A DNA stretch of 62,229 bases, filler included. It is 9 parts of 9 records of this genome, joined end to end, with 100 filler letters (N's around TTAATTAATTAA, not from the genome) between each part and the next. Parts side by side here need not be neighbours in the genome. Positions count along the whole stretch, not along the records: positions 20,841 to 25,904 come from SRR20825010_2156; positions 26,005 to 32,758 come from SRR20825010_2157; 7 more parts are not named here. One strand, 5' to 3'. Position 1 is the first letter of the stretch. Each line of letters starts with the position of its first letter. Shown one piece after another: positions 21,732 to 32,858 of this stretch. The position numbers were made by a program, and so were the translations under genes. The notes beneath the pieces are model-generated. The model made no database searches. It was not told the DNA's origin and saw only the letters and a list, made by a program, of their open reading frames with translations.

Positions 21732-21822
21732 AAACAAAAATTGCCGGCCCCCGGGGAACGGGGACCGGCCAAGCCGCACTCGAGCAAAAAAGCTCGCGGG
21801 GTCGGGGGAACTGTGTGCGGCC
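21732..21822 (-). ncRNA. Candidate small RNA with two stem-loops and GUUCCC motifs
   Basis: On -: GCCGCAC..GTGCGGC stem enclosing CAGTTCCCCC, then GCCGGTCCCC-GTTCCCC-GGGGGCCGGC followed by a T-rich tail. Confidence 0.45.
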
Positions 21823-21885
21823 TGTTTGATTTGCGACGAACCCATTCGCAATTTTCGACGCTAAAGCATGTTGCATTTTGGGGCG

Positions 21886-23487
21886 TTAGTGCCCACCGCC
21901 TCCACCACCGGCATTGGCACGCGGCGGCTTGGCCAGAGGTAGCAGCAAAAAGGCGATAAAGAAAGTCGCTGCCAAGGCCAGATAGACATCGTTAAACGAA
22001 ATCATCGATGCTTCGCGTGTCACCAGATTGACGATGAATTTCATTGCTGCCGCATGCGGATCAGGAATGCCCATTTCCGAATAGCGCGCCATGATCGTCG
22101 CCAGATAATTCTTAAACGCCGTACTTGCCGGATTGATATGATCCGATAACAGAGAGAAGTGATAATCAATGCGTTTATCAAGCAACGTATTGATCGCCGC
22201 CATGCCAATCGCCCCGCCAAGGTTGCGCATCAGATTATAAAGACCGCTGGCATTTTTGATCTTTTCTGGTGGCAAGGTACCAAGGGCGAGATTGGTGATG
22301 GGCAACATGCAAAACATCAAGGCGGCACCACGGACGATCTGTGGCAAGATCAGTTCGTCAAACGACACTTCGCTGGTGTTAAAGCCATGCATCGCAAGCC
22401 CGACAGCAAACAGCAAAAGCCCAAATCCAAGAACAACACGCGGTGGATATTTGGCCGTCATCTTCCCGGCAATCGGGGCAGACAGGAATTGTGCAACCCC
22501 GGTAACCGCCATGACAATGCCGATCTCAAGACTGTCATAGCCCCGAATACGGCTAAGCATCAGCGGCATGATATAGACACTGCCATACAGGCCGATACCA
22601 AGGGTAAAGCTGAACACGCAGCCCATGGTGAAGTTGCGATCAGCAAACGATTTCAGATCGACAATCGGCTTGTCATAGCGAAACATCCGCCAGAAGAAAT
22701 AGATGCCCGCCAACACGCAAACAATTGTGCCATAAACGATTGCTGTTTCATCGAACCAGTCATCTTTCGGGCCTTCATCAAGCACATATTCCAGACTGCC
22801 CAAAAACACCGCCATGGCGACAAGCCCCTTAAGGTCAAACCCCTTAAGCAAGGACCGGTCGCCCTTATCGATATGCAGCGTCATGCCAACGACAACTGCG
22901 ATCAGAATACCGGGAACAACATTGATCAGAAACAGCCAGTGCCAGGATAGCGACTGGGTTAAAAACCCGCCCAATGTCGGGCCGATGGTCGGTGCCATGG
23001 TGGCAATCAATCCGATCATGACCGAGGCCGTATTGCGTTTTTCCGGCGGGAAAATGATGAAGGTCGTGGCAAACACCGTCGGGATCATCGCCCCACCCAG
23101 GAACCCCTGCATGGCACGGAACCAGATCATGCTTTCAATCGACCATGCAAAGGCCGATGCAATCGACATGACGGTAAAGCCAATGGCCGAAATCACAAAC
23201 AGCCAACGGGTTGATATCAGGCGCGACAGGAACCCCGAAAGCGGGATCATCACCACTTCGGCAATCAGATAACTGGTTTGCACCCAGCCGATTTCATCCG
23301 GGCTTGCCGACAGGCCTGCCTGAATATTTTCAAGCGAGCTTGCGACGATCTGAATATCAAGGATCGCCAGAAACATACCGACAACCATCGCGATCCAGCC
23401 AATGAACTGGGCACGATCAACCGGCCCGCTTTGCGCAGGACTTATGGCGGGGCTTGGTGCGGATGAACTGTCAGCCGTACTGCTCAT
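21886..23487 (-). CDS. DHA2 family MFS efflux permease (EmrB-like)
   Basis: AILDIQIV..WVQTSYLIAE..GPTLGG..LYNLMRNLGG, many TM segments. Confidence 0.93.
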   Translation of the reverse strand: MSSTADSSSAPSPAISPAQSGPVDRAQFIGWIAMVVGMFLAILDIQIVASSLENIQAGLSASPDEIGWVQTSYLIAEVVMIPLSGFLSRLISTRWLFVISAIGFTVMSIASAFAWSIESMIWFRAMQGFLGGAMIPTVFATTFIIFPPEKRNTASVMIGLIATMAPTIGPTLGGFLTQSLSWHWLFLINVVPGILIAVVVGMTLHIDKGDRSLLKGFDLKGLVAMAVFLGSLEYVLDEGPKDDWFDETAIVYGTIVCVLAGIYFFWRMFRYDKPIVDLKSFADRNFTMGCVFSFTLGIGLYGSVYIMPLMLSRIRGYDSLEIGIVMAVTGVAQFLSAPIAGKMTAKYPPRVVLGFGLLLFAVGLAMHGFNTSEVSFDELILPQIVRGAALMFCMLPITNLALGTLPPEKIKNASGLYNLMRNLGGAIGMAAINTLLDKRIDYHFSLLSDHINPASTAFKNYLATIMARYSEMGIPDPHAAAMKFIVNLVTREASMISFNDVYLALAATFFIAFLLLPLAKPPRANAGGGGGGH

Positions 23488-24590
23488 CAGTTAAGCTCCG
23501 AGACTTCCGTGGCTGGAAGAGTGCTTAGCGCCAGACCTGAACCGGCAACATGACGTGTGCCATCGGCATCGCGGGTATCGACATCGACAACAACCGACAG
23601 GCCCGGACGCAATGCCGCCGCCCATTTGCTGTTATCAAGCGAAATGCGGATCGGAACGCGCTGGGTGATCTTGGTAAAGTTGCCGGTCGCATTTTCCGGC
23701 GGAAGCAAGCTGAACTGCGCACCGGTTGCCGGGGCAAAACTTTCGACATGGCCGGTAATATCGGCATTGGGGAAGGCATCAATTTCAACCCGGACTTTCT
23801 GGCCATGGGCCATATGTTCGATCTGGGTTTCCTTGAAATTGGCGACCACATAAACACCGGGCAAGGGTACCAGAACCAAAAGCTGCTCGCCCGGCTGCAC
23901 CAGCGCACCGGTTTGAACCGACCGATTGCCAATCACACCATCAAATGGCGCATAGATTTTTGTATCGGAAAGGGCCTGCAGCGCAAGATCACGGGCGGCC
24001 TGAGCCTGTGCAACAGCACGTTCGGCCTCTATTTTCTGTGCGCGCAAGACACCAAGACGACCCTGTTCAACACCAAGGGTGGCGTTGGCGGCTGCCACCT
24101 CTGCCTGTGCTTTCTGGCGATCAGCCTTGGCATAGTCAAATTTCTGACGGCTTGCCGCACCCTTTTTGACCAGATCGTCATAGCGCTGGAAATCTTCGGT
24201 AGTACGATCAAGCTCGACCTTGGCGATGCGGACATTCGCCTCGGCCTGTTTGATGGCAGCTTCTTGCAAGGTGATCTGTTGATCCATGGTGGTCACGGCA
24301 GAACGGCGGGCTTCAAGCGCCGCATCGGTCTGGGCGACTTCAAGACGGTAATCTTCGTCCTTGATCGACAGCAAAAGATCGCCTTTGCGCACCGACTGGT
24401 TTTCGGCAACTGCCAATTCACCAACATACCCCGATACCTTGGGCGAAACGGCGACCTCGTCTGCCTGTAGATAGGCATTGTCGGTCCCTTCAAAGTACTG
24501 ACCCTCGGTCATCCAATGAAACCCGAAATATCCACCGCCACCGATAATCGCCACTGCGATCAGGGGCAAAATGACTTTCTTCACACTCAT
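23487..24590 (-). CDS. HlyD/EmrA membrane fusion protein
   Basis: TDNAY, ANFKETQI, FSLLPPENATGNFTKITQRVP. Confidence 0.93.
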   Translation of the reverse strand: MSVKKVILPLIAVAIIGGGGYFGFHWMTEGQYFEGTDNAYLQADEVAVSPKVSGYVGELAVAENQSVRKGDLLLSIKDEDYRLEVAQTDAALEARRSAVTTMDQQITLQEAAIKQAEANVRIAKVELDRTTEDFQRYDDLVKKGAASRQKFDYAKADRQKAQAEVAAANATLGVEQGRLGVLRAQKIEAERAVAQAQAARDLALQALSDTKIYAPFDGVIGNRSVQTGALVQPGEQLLVLVPLPGVYVVANFKETQIEHMAHGQKVRVEIDAFPNADITGHVESFAPATGAQFSLLPPENATGNFTKITQRVPIRISLDNSKWAAALRPGLSVVVDVDTRDADGTRHVAGSGLALSTLPATEVSELN

Positions 24591-24608
24591 GGCTTTGCAA
24601 ATTCCTTT

Positions 24609-24656
24609 TGGTATTGATTAGTACCATTTCCACCTTTATGGTACCGATCAGTACCA
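24609..24656. promoter_or_regulatory. Two TetR-type palindromic operators
   Basis: TGGTATTGATTAGTACCA (24609-24626) and TGGTACCGATCAGTACCA (24639-24656) between divergent emrA and tetR. Confidence 0.75.
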
Positions 24657-24686
24657 AACGTCAAGTGCCGAATTGGAACAAATCCT

Positions 24687-25328
24687 TTGTCAGAGATTAA
24701 AAAGATCGATCCCAGAACCCTGAAACGCCGCGATGCCATGGTTGAGGCCGCGCGTGAATTGTTCTGCCAACACGGCCTTGCGGGCACGACTTTGGAAATG
24801 ATCACGGCCGAGGCCGGCGGATCACGCCGCACGATCTATGAACTGTTTGGCAATAAGGATGGTGTGTTTGAAGCGGTGATTCGCGATTGCACCGGGCGGG
24901 TGACATCGGCCATGAGTGGTCTTGAAATGACCGACCTGCCATTACGCGCAGCCCTTATTCATTATGGCGAAACGCTGATGACGCTTTTGACCATGCCAGA
25001 TACCATTCGCTATATGCGGCTGTTTCTGGCCGAGGTGCCCCGTTTCCCGAAACTTGGAAAAGTCTTCTATGAAAGCGGCCTAATGACGGGCCGCCGGTTT
25101 ATCGCCGCCTATTTCGAGCGCCAGATGGCCGAAGGCACCTTCCCCAAGGGCGATGCACAGCAAGCTGCTGTGTTTTTTGCCAGCCTGGTCAAAGCCGACT
25201 ATGACATCCGCCAGATGTCCTATATCGATTGGGAACCCCAGGCAAAAGACCTGCACGGTCACGTAACGGCCGCAGTGGATATGTTCCTGCGCGGTTACGG
25301 GATTGGTCCCGAAACGGCGTCAGAATAG
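24687..25328 (+). CDS. TetR/AcrR family regulator
   Basis: AARELFCQHGLAGTTLEMITAEAGGSRRTIYELFGNKDG. Confidence 0.92.
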   Translation: MSEIKKIDPRTLKRRDAMVEAARELFCQHGLAGTTLEMITAEAGGSRRTIYELFGNKDGVFEAVIRDCTGRVTSAMSGLEMTDLPLRAALIHYGETLMTLLTMPDTIRYMRLFLAEVPRFPKLGKVFYESGLMTGRRFIAAYFERQMAEGTFPKGDAQQAAVFFASLVKADYDIRQMSYIDWEPQAKDLHGHVTAAVDMFLRGYGIGPETASE

Positions 25329-25407
25329 GCCTGTCCGTCGGGCGTTTACGCCATCACACCAAACCATGGTCCCCCGACCCCGTTTTGATGTGATTTCGGC
25401 GGCTGAT

Positions 25408-25572
25408 CTAAAACAAGGTCAGCAATCGATAGGCAATCGGCCCCATCATGGTGATGACGCCAACCCACATCACTGCAACACCCCAATTGCGATCCCGGTT
25501 GTTAAACCCAAATCCCAAAAGACAAAATCCGATCACGCATACGACAAGGATCACGGTGTTCTCGGTCGTCAT
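25408..25572 (-). CDS. Small two-TM membrane protein
   Basis: 54 aa, two hydrophobic helices separated by NNRDRN. Confidence 0.55.
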   Translation of the reverse strand: MTTENTVILVVCVIGFCLLGFGFNNRDRNWGVAVMWVGVITMMGPIAYRLLTLF

Positions 25573-25904
25573 ATTCTTGGTATTCCCCATTTTGACGAGA
25601 AACGCCTTTCGGAGTCTTCGTCTGTTTCGCCCAACATCATCATTTTACAGTTCTTCTTGCCCGGGTTTCTTTGATCCGTGTCACATCGCTTCGCTATTTC
25701 GCCCCCATGATAAGCCAGGCATCATTTTTCGATAAATCGGGGTAAATCACGGGCGGAATTGCCCTTTTTGGGTGAAAAAATCACGCCAAAGCCCCGGTCA
25801 GACACGCCATAAACCATCGATTTCCCTAATCATCATAATGATGTTGCGTCGCCCTCTTTGATTTTCTGATGGCTTCCTGTATGTTGCGGGCTCCCGACGC
25901 GGCC

Positions 25905-26004
25905 NNNNNNNNNNNNNNNNNNNNNNNNNNNNNNNNNNNNNNNNNNNNTTAATTAATTAANNNNNNNNNNNNNNNNNNNNNNNNNNNNNNNNNNNNNNNN
26001 NNNN
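25905..26004. other. Artificial contig spacer
   Basis: N-TTAATTAATTAA-N. Confidence 0.98.
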
Positions 26005-26021
26005 CTTCAGCACCTTCCCGT

Positions 26022-27596
26022 ATGTGCGCACGTCGGTATGGCCGTCTGCAAAAACTACTTGCCTACTTACCGGTTCCGTTATTGCTATTTGCTTTTTTGC
26101 AGGGTTGCGCGCTGCCCCAGTTGCAAGATCGCACGGTTTCAACTGCATTAACTGAACAACAAGCCCGCGAAACCCATTTGGGCAAAGCACTTGTGCAGCG
26201 TGTGCAGCAAAACAAGGGCAAGGCCGGGCTTTACCCCATTCATGATCCGAAGGAGGCCTTTGCCAGCCGCATGGCTTTGGTGCGTGCGGCTGAGCGCACC
26301 ATCGATATTCAGTCTTATTTGTGGCGCAGCGACACCACTGGCACCTTGATGTTGAATGAACTGCGTCGTGCTGCTGACCGTGGGGTGCGCGTACGTTTGT
26401 TGCTGGACGACAATGGCATCACCGGGCTGGACCATCAACTTAACTGGGTTGACAGTCACCCGAACGTTGAGGTTCGCCTGTTCAACCCTTTTGTTATACG
26501 CAATCCGAAATGGTTGGGCTATGTCACCGACTTCTCGCGCGTAAACAGGCGCATGCACAACAAAACATTCACCGTGGACAATCAGGTTACGATTGCCGGT
26601 GGGCGAAATATTGGTGATGAATACTTTGGTGCGACCGACGAAGCCTTGTTCACAGACCTGGACATGTTGTGCGTGGGGCCTGTGGTGAACACGGTGTCCC
26701 GGGATTTTGATGCCTATTGGCACAGCGACTCCGCTTATCCTGCCAGCAAAATCTTGTTGCCCACGGATCCGGCCATACTTCACGAACTCGAAAGAAAAGT
26801 AAGTGGGCTGGATGAAACCGAGCGTGCAGCACGCTATGTAATCCCAGTGCGCGAATCGGAATTTCTACGGGAGCTTTTGAACGGAACCTTGCCCTTGCAG
26901 TGGACTGCCGTGCGAATGGTCAGCGACAGCCCCGCCAAAGGTTTGAATGAGCTTGATCGGGAAGACCTTCTGGTGGCTGATCTGCGGGATTTCGTCGGTC
27001 AACCCACGTTCAGCATGAATGTGGTGTCGCCTTACTTCGTGCCCTCAGAAAAAGGCGTTGAGTTTTTTTCCCGGTTGGCGCAAGCGGGTGTGAACGTGCA
27101 GGTGTTGACTAATTCGCTGGAGGCGACCGATGTGGCTGCCGTGCATTCAGGCTATGCAAAAATCAGAAAAGAGCTGCTGAAGGCAGGGGTCAAACTGTTT
27201 GAGTTGAAAAGCACACCTGATGCTGAAAAACCAAGGCGTAGAAAGCACAATGCCATGCTGGGCAGTTCGGGTTCAAGCCTGCACACCAAAACTTTTTCGG
27301 TAGATGGTTCACGTGTGTTTGTGGGTTCGTTTAACTTTGATCCACGGTCGGTGAACCTGAACACGGAAATGGGCTTCCTCATTCAAAGCCCAGGTTTGGC
27401 CACGCAGGTGGATTTGGCTTTTCAAGCGCTGCCAGTGTTGGCATACGAGGTACGCCTGGATGAAAATGAATCGCTGGTGTGGATAGAACGGAAGGCCGGA
27501 AAGGAAATTATTCACGACCTGGAACCCAAGGCCACCGCGTGGCGCAAGATGATGGTGTTTTTCTATTCCCTGTTGCCCATCAACGATTTGTTGTAG
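26022..27596 (+). CDS. Phospholipase D family protein (ClsC-like cardiolipin synthase)
   Basis: Two HKD motifs (RRMHNKTFTVD, SLHTKTFSVD), GGRNIGDEYF, possible lipobox LQGC. Confidence 0.88.
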   Translation: MCARRYGRLQKLLAYLPVPLLLFAFLQGCALPQLQDRTVSTALTEQQARETHLGKALVQRVQQNKGKAGLYPIHDPKEAFASRMALVRAAERTIDIQSYLWRSDTTGTLMLNELRRAADRGVRVRLLLDDNGITGLDHQLNWVDSHPNVEVRLFNPFVIRNPKWLGYVTDFSRVNRRMHNKTFTVDNQVTIAGGRNIGDEYFGATDEALFTDLDMLCVGPVVNTVSRDFDAYWHSDSAYPASKILLPTDPAILHELERKVSGLDETERAARYVIPVRESEFLRELLNGTLPLQWTAVRMVSDSPAKGLNELDREDLLVADLRDFVGQPTFSMNVVSPYFVPSEKGVEFFSRLAQAGVNVQVLTNSLEATDVAAVHSGYAKIRKELLKAGVKLFELKSTPDAEKPRRRKHNAMLGSSGSSLHTKTFSVDGSRVFVGSFNFDPRSVNLNTEMGFLIQSPGLATQVDLAFQALPVLAYEVRLDENESLVWIERKAGKEIIHDLEPKATAWRKMMVFFYSLLPINDLL

Positions 27597-27604
27597 CTGC
27601 CGGT

Positions 27605-27799
27605 TTAATCCTGTTCTTCGATCCAGGTCATCTGGATGGCTTCCAGAATTTTCTCGTTCGATTTTTCAGGATCGTCTTCAAACCCGGGCAGGGCGCACAC
27701 CCACTTGTGCAAATCCGTGAAGCGGATGTATTGCGGGTCCACGTCGGGGTGCGCATCAATCAGTTCCAGTGCAATGTCCAGTGTGTCGGTCCATTTCAT
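27605..27799 (-). CDS. iscX: Fe-S assembly protein IscX
   Basis: MKWTDTLDIA..IRFTDLHKWV..EKILEAIQ. Confidence 0.93.
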   Translation of the reverse strand: MKWTDTLDIALELIDAHPDVDPQYIRFTDLHKWVCALPGFEDDPEKSNEKILEAIQMTWIEEQD

Positions 27800-27815
27800 G
27801 GTGTGGCCTCCTGGG

Positions 27816-28154
27816 TCAGTGGTTTTCGCGGGCGTGGTTGATGGTGTACTTGGGTAGCTCCACCACCAGGTCTTTGTCGGCAACCTTGACTTGGCACGAC
27901 AACCTGCTTTGTGGAGTCAGGCCCCAAGCCATGTCCAGCAAATCATCTTCATCATCGCTGCTCTCGTTCAGGCTATTAAAGCCTTCTCTAATAATCACAT
28001 GGCAGGTTGTGCATGCACAACTCATTTCGCAGGCATGTTCAAGCGCAATGTCATTGGCCAGAATGGTTTCGCACAGTTGCGAGCCCGCAGGGGCTTCGAA
28101 GGATTTGCCTTCGGGGCACAGGCTTTCGTGGGGCAAAATTTTAATAATCGGCAT
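27816..28154 (-). CDS. fdx: ISC 2Fe-2S ferredoxin
   Basis: HACEMSCACTTCH..SRLSCQ. Confidence 0.95.
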   Translation of the reverse strand: MPIIKILPHESLCPEGKSFEAPAGSQLCETILANDIALEHACEMSCACTTCHVIIREGFNSLNESSDDEDDLLDMAWGLTPQSRLSCQVKVADKDLVVELPKYTINHARENH

Positions 28155-28176
28155 GTGTCAAATCTCTCGTGTTCAA

Positions 28177-30060
28177 TTAGTTGTTCGACCCGCCGAGCGT
28201 TGTGCTCACGGTGTCGATGGTTTTGCCGGTCAGGGCTTTGCGAATGCCCGCATCCATGCGGCGTGCTGCAAAGTCCTCGGTCAGCGTGCTCAATTCTTCA
28301 ATGCCTTTTTCAATGGCGCGCAGGTCTTCGCTTTGGGCAAGTTCACGCAGTGCCTTGATGCTGGCATTGATTGCTTTCAGTTCGTCGGCTTGCAGCAGTT
28401 CAGCATCTTTGGCGATGGCCGCCTCAACGGATTCCACCAGGCGCACCGCCTCCACCTGTTGCTCGCGCAACTGCCTTGCGTTCATGTCCGCCTCGGCAAA
28501 CTCGAAGCTGTTTTTCAGCATGCCGGCAATTTGGTCGTCATCCAGCCCGTAGGAAGGCTTCACGGTGATGTTGGCGGAAACACCTGAACCTGTTTCCATT
28601 GCATTGACTTCAAGCAGGCCATCGGCATCTACTTGAAACGTCACGCGAATGCGGGCAGCACCAGCCACCATGGGCGGAATGCCTCGCAACTCGAAGCGGG
28701 CCAGTGAACGGTTTTCCGACACCAGCTCGCGTTCGCCCTGCACCACATGAATGGCCATGGCCGTTTGGCCATCTTTGAATGTGGTGAATTCCTGTGCACG
28801 TGCTACAGGGATGGTGCTGTTGCGGTTGATCACCCGTTCAGTCAGCCCGCCCATGGTTTCAAGGCCAAGGCTTAGCGGAATCACGTCGAGCAGCAGCAAG
28901 TCGTCTTCACTGCGGTTGCCCGCCAGTGTGTCGGCTTGAATGGCTGCACCAATGGCCACCACTTCGTCCGGGTTTAAATTCACCAGGGGGTCTTTGCCAA
29001 AAAATGCCTTCACCGCATTGCGCACCACGGGCATGCGGGTGGATCCGCCCACCAGCACTACACCATCGATGTCGTCAATTGTCAGGCTGGCATCGCGCAA
29101 AGTTTTGCGGGCGGCTTGAATGGTGCGTTTGACCAAAGGCGCTACAATTTCCGCGAATTGATCCGCAGTAACCGTTTCAGCAATCGTTTCACCGCTTTTG
29201 AATTCAACGCTAAGGAATGCGGTGTGCTCGTGTGAAATCTGTTCTTTCACGCGGCGGCATGCCATCACCAAACGCGATCGTTGTTGTGGGTTCAGTTCTT
29301 TGAAGCCGTGTGTGGCAATGAAATGGTCGGCCATTGCACGGTCGAAATCGTCGCCACCCAGGGCGGAATCGCCACCCGTGGCCAGCACTTCAAACACACC
29401 AGCCTGCAAGCGCAGAATGGACACATCGAATGTGCCACCACCCAGATCGAATACTACAAACTGGCCTTGCGCTTTATGATCAAGGCCGTACGCTACCGCA
29501 GCAGCCGTGGGTTCGTTGATTAATCGCAGAACGTTCAAGCCGGCAAGTTGCGCAGCATCTTTGGTCGCCTGGCGCTGTGCTTCGTCGAAGTAGGCTGGCA
29601 CGGTGATAACCGCACCCACCAGTTCGCCTCCCAGTGTGGCTTCCGCGCGCTTGCGCAAGGCGCGCAAAATATCGGCGGACACTTCAACCGGGCTTTTGGT
29701 GCCGAAGTCGGTTTCAATTTCAACCATGCCACCGGAATCTTTTACGCGGTAGGGCAGGTTTAAACCTTGTACGTCTTTGTAACCACGGCCCATCAAGCGC
29801 TTGACCGAGAACACCGTGTTGAACGGGTCAGTATCGGCACAAGCCAACGCGTCTTCACCCATGTTTTTTACACCGGTTTCGCAGTAGCGAACCACACTGG
29901 GCAAAATCACGCGGCCGGAAGAATCGGGTAAACATTCAGCACTGCCACTGCGCACGCTTGCCACCAGCGAATGTGTAGTGCCCAGGTCAATACCCACCGC
30001 AAGCCTGTGCTCATGCGGTGCTGTGGACATGCCGGGTTCGGCAATTTGTAACAAGGCCAT
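28177..30060 (-). CDS. hscA: Fe-S chaperone HscA
   Basis: [17 protein letters not shown], Hsp70 motifs. Confidence 0.96.
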   Translation of the reverse strand: MALLQIAEPGMSTAPHEHRLAVGIDLGTTHSLVASVRSGSAECLPDSSGRVILPSVVRYCETGVKNMGEDALACADTDPFNTVFSVKRLMGRGYKDVQGLNLPYRVKDSGGMVEIETDFGTKSPVEVSADILRALRKRAEATLGGELVGAVITVPAYFDEAQRQATKDAAQLAGLNVLRLINEPTAAAVAYGLDHKAQGQFVVFDLGGGTFDVSILRLQAGVFEVLATGGDSALGGDDFDRAMADHFIATHGFKELNPQQRSRLVMACRRVKEQISHEHTAFLSVEFKSGETIAETVTADQFAEIVAPLVKRTIQAARKTLRDASLTIDDIDGVVLVGGSTRMPVVRNAVKAFFGKDPLVNLNPDEVVAIGAAIQADTLAGNRSEDDLLLLDVIPLSLGLETMGGLTERVINRNSTIPVARAQEFTTFKDGQTAMAIHVVQGERELVSENRSLARFELRGIPPMVAGAARIRVTFQVDADGLLEVNAMETGSGVSANITVKPSYGLDDDQIAGMLKNSFEFAEADMNARQLREQQVEAVRLVESVEAAIAKDAELLQADELKAINASIKALRELAQSEDLRAIEKGIEELSTLTEDFAARRMDAGIRKALTGKTIDTVSTTLGGSNN

Positions 30061-30584
30061 TAGCTGGCGTCCTCCAGTTGCTCCAGTTTTCTGGTCAACT
30101 CAATCATGAATTTGTCGATAAACAGCAAGGCTTGCGCGGTGCCGTTGGCCACCTGCGCATTTTTCTCGCTGTCAATTTGCCGCTCAATCAATTCCAGGCA
30201 ACGTTTTTTTTCAGCAGCCACTTTGTCGAGCAGGTTTTCCAACTCGTCCACACCGTCAATTTCTTCCAGTGCTTCACGCCACTCCATCTGCTGCATCAAG
30301 AGCGCTGGCGGCAATTTGCTTTGTTGCCCGCGCGGGTTTTCGCCGTTCAGTTCACACCAGTAAATGGCGCGTTCCATTGGGTTTTGCAAACGCTTGTAGG
30401 CTTCGTTGATGCGCGTGGCCCATTGAACAGCCAGTCGCTTTTCCTGCGAACCTGAATTTGCATAGCGGTCCGGGTGGGTTTGGCTTTGAAGCCGCAGGTA
30501 CGAAGCGGAAAGGGCTGCGCTGTCCAGTTGAAACTGGCAGGGCAACCCGAAAATATCGAAATCACTGTCGCTTAAATTGGCCAT
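30060..30584 (-). CDS. hscB: Co-chaperone HscB
   Basis: J-domain [17 protein letters not shown]. Confidence 0.95.
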   Translation of the reverse strand: MANLSDSDFDIFGLPCQFQLDSAALSASYLRLQSQTHPDRYANSGSQEKRLAVQWATRINEAYKRLQNPMERAIYWCELNGENPRGQQSKLPPALLMQQMEWREALEEIDGVDELENLLDKVAAEKKRCLELIERQIDSEKNAQVANGTAQALLFIDKFMIELTRKLEQLEDAS

Positions 30585-30907
30585 TAAACCGTGAAGCTTT
30601 CACCACAGCCGCAGCGCGCCTTTTCATTGGGGTTGTTGAACTTGAACCCCTCGTTCAGGCCTTCGCGTGCGAAGTCCAGTTCAATGCCTTCAAGGTAAGG
30701 CATGCTTTTGGGGTCCACGAACAGCTTCACACCATGGGCTTCGAACACGCTGTCTTCGTTGGCCACTGCATCTACAAATTCAAGCTTGTACGCCATACCG
30801 GAACACCCGGTGGTGCGCACACCAATGCGCAAGCCAATTCCTTTTCCGCGTTTGGTCAGGAATTTGCTGATGTGGTCGGCGGCGCGTTCGGTCAATGTAA
30901 TCGCCAT
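30584..30907 (-). CDS. iscA: Fe-S assembly protein IscA
   Basis: [16 protein letters not shown]. Confidence 0.96.
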   Translation of the reverse strand: MAITLTERAADHISKFLTKRGKGIGLRIGVRTTGCSGMAYKLEFVDAVANEDSVFEAHGVKLFVDPKSMPYLEGIELDFAREGLNEGFKFNNPNEKARCGCGESFTV

Positions 30908-30928
30908 GGTGTTTACTTCCTTCAATTA

Positions 30929-31309
30929 TTAAGCGTGCTTCTTTTTGTAATCTTCCACTGCAGCCTTGATGGCGTCTTCAGCCAAAATGGAACAGTGAAT
31001 TTTTACAGGCGGCAATGCCAATTCTTCGGCAATGGCGGTGTTTTTGATTTCCAGCGCCTGGTCCAGTGTTTTGCCCTTCACCCACTCTGTTACCAAAGAA
31101 GACGATGCAATGGCTGAACCGCAGCCGTAGGTCTTGAACTTTGCATCGGTGATCAAGCCATCGGCGCCCACCTTGATTTGCAGCTTCATCACGTCGCCGC
31201 AAGCCGGTGCACCCACCATGCCAGTGCCCACTTCATCGTCGCCCTTTTCGAACGAACCCACGTTGCGGGGGTTTTCATAATGGTCTAGAACTTTTTCGCT
31301 GTATGCCAT
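30929..31309 (-). CDS. iscU: Fe-S scaffold IscU
   Basis: MAYSEKVLDHYENPRNVG, ACGD, LPPVKIHC. Confidence 0.97.
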   Translation of the reverse strand: MAYSEKVLDHYENPRNVGSFEKGDDEVGTGMVGAPACGDVMKLQIKVGADGLITDAKFKTYGCGSAIASSSLVTEWVKGKTLDQALEIKNTAIAEELALPPVKIHCSILAEDAIKAAVEDYKKKHA

Positions 31310-31336
31310 GGTACTTCTCCTCAATCTTTAAATATT

Positions 31337-32548
31337 TCAGTGCTCTGCCCATTGAACGGTGCTTAGATCAACGCCGTCCAGGTGCATTTCCCAAAGGGGC
31401 GACAATTCGCGCAACTTCGCCACTTTGGCTTTCATCAATTCGATGGTGAAATCAACATCGGCTTCGGTTGTGAAACGGCCAATCGAGAAACGAATCGAGC
31501 TGTGCGCCAGTTCGTCGCTTCGACCAAGGGCGCGCAACACATACGATGGCTCAAGAGAAGCCGATGTACAGGCCGAACCCGAGGACACCGCAATTTCTTT
31601 CACAGCCATGATCAGCGATTCGCCTTCCACGAAGTTGAAGCTGACGTTCAGGTTGTGCGCCACACGCTGTTCAAGATTGCCGTTCACATAAATTTCGTCA
31701 ATTGCTTTCAAGCCGTCGAGCAAACGGTCACGCAAGGCTTTCATGCGGGGCAATTCGCTGGCCATTTCTTCTTTGGCGATACGAAACGCTTCGCCCATGC
31801 CCACAATTTGGTGTGTGGCCAAGGTGCCTGAACGCATACCGCGCTCGTGGCCGCCACCGTGCATTTGTGCGTCAATGCGAATGCGGGGCTTGCGGCGAAC
31901 ATACAGTGCGCCAATGCCTTTGGGGCCATAGGTTTTGTGGGCACAGAAGCTCATCAGGTCGACTTTCAGCTTTTGCAGGTCAATTTCAACTTTGCCGGTG
32001 GCCTGGGCCGCATCGACGTGGAAAATGATTCCTTTTTCGCGGCACAGTTCGCCAATGGCTGGAATGTCTTGAACCACACCAATTTCGTTGTTCACGAACA
32101 TGATCGAAATCAACACGGTGTCGGGACGAATGGCCGCTTTCAAAGCCTCCAGGCTGATCAAACCGTCTTCCTGAACGTCCAGGTAAGTGGCATCAAAGCC
32201 ATGTCGTTCCAGGTCGCGGAAGGTGTCCAGCACAGCTTTGTGTTCGGTTTTCAGGGTGATGATGTGCTTGCCCTTGGTTTCGCCGTAGAACAGCGCTGCG
32301 CCTTTAATGGCCAGGTTGTTCGATTCAGTCGCGCCAGAAGTCCACACGATTTCGCGGGGGTCGGCGTTCACCAGTGAAGCGACCTGTTCGCGCGCATTTT
32401 CTACCGCCTCTTCAGCCGTCCAGCCGTAAGCGTGGCTGCGCGATGCCGGGTTGCCAAAACTTTCACGCAGGAAAGGAATCATGGCGTCGGCTACGCGCGG
32501 GTCCACTGGGGTGGTGGCGCTGTAATCGAGGTAAATCGGCATCTTCAT
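31337..32548 (-). CDS. iscS: Cysteine desulfurase IscS
   Basis: [25 protein letters not shown]. Confidence 0.97.
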   Translation of the reverse strand: MKMPIYLDYSATTPVDPRVADAMIPFLRESFGNPASRSHAYGWTAEEAVENAREQVASLVNADPREIVWTSGATESNNLAIKGAALFYGETKGKHIITLKTEHKAVLDTFRDLERHGFDATYLDVQEDGLISLEALKAAIRPDTVLISIMFVNNEIGVVQDIPAIGELCREKGIIFHVDAAQATGKVEIDLQKLKVDLMSFCAHKTYGPKGIGALYVRRKPRIRIDAQMHGGGHERGMRSGTLATHQIVGMGEAFRIAKEEMASELPRMKALRDRLLDGLKAIDEIYVNGNLEQRVAHNLNVSFNFVEGESLIMAVKEIAVSSGSACTSASLEPSYVLRALGRSDELAHSSIRFSIGRFTTEADVDFTIELMKAKVAKLRELSPLWEMHLDGVDLSTVQWAEH

Positions 32549-32574
32549 ATGTGTTTGCTCCAATCAACTGCTGT

Positions 32575-32758
32575 TTAATGTGTGTGCTGTATGTGAGTGA
32601 CCGCTGCGGCATTAGAGGCTGCTGGCCTTTCACGAAACTGAATGGTTCGTTCAGCATCTTTTTGCCTGTGTTTTTCAACCAGGCATTGAAGACTGACCGA
32701 GCCAAGGTATTCCAACATTTTGGTATTCAAGCTGCTCCACAGGTCGTGCGTCATGCAC
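32575..32758 (-). CDS. iscR: IscR (C-terminal fragment)
   Basis: Manual translation CMTHDLWSSLNTKMLEYLGSVSL..., directly upstream of iscS. Confidence 0.85.
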
Positions 32759-32858
32759 NNNNNNNNNNNNNNNNNNNNNNNNNNNNNNNNNNNNNNNNNN
32801 NNTTAATTAATTAANNNNNNNNNNNNNNNNNNNNNNNNNNNNNNNNNNNNNNNNNNNN
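32759..32858. other. Artificial contig spacer
   Basis: N-TTAATTAATTAA-N. Confidence 0.98.

Noticed and set aside
27605-32758. isc operon as a novel system
   Set aside because: Canonical iscRSUA-hscBA-fdx-iscX order.
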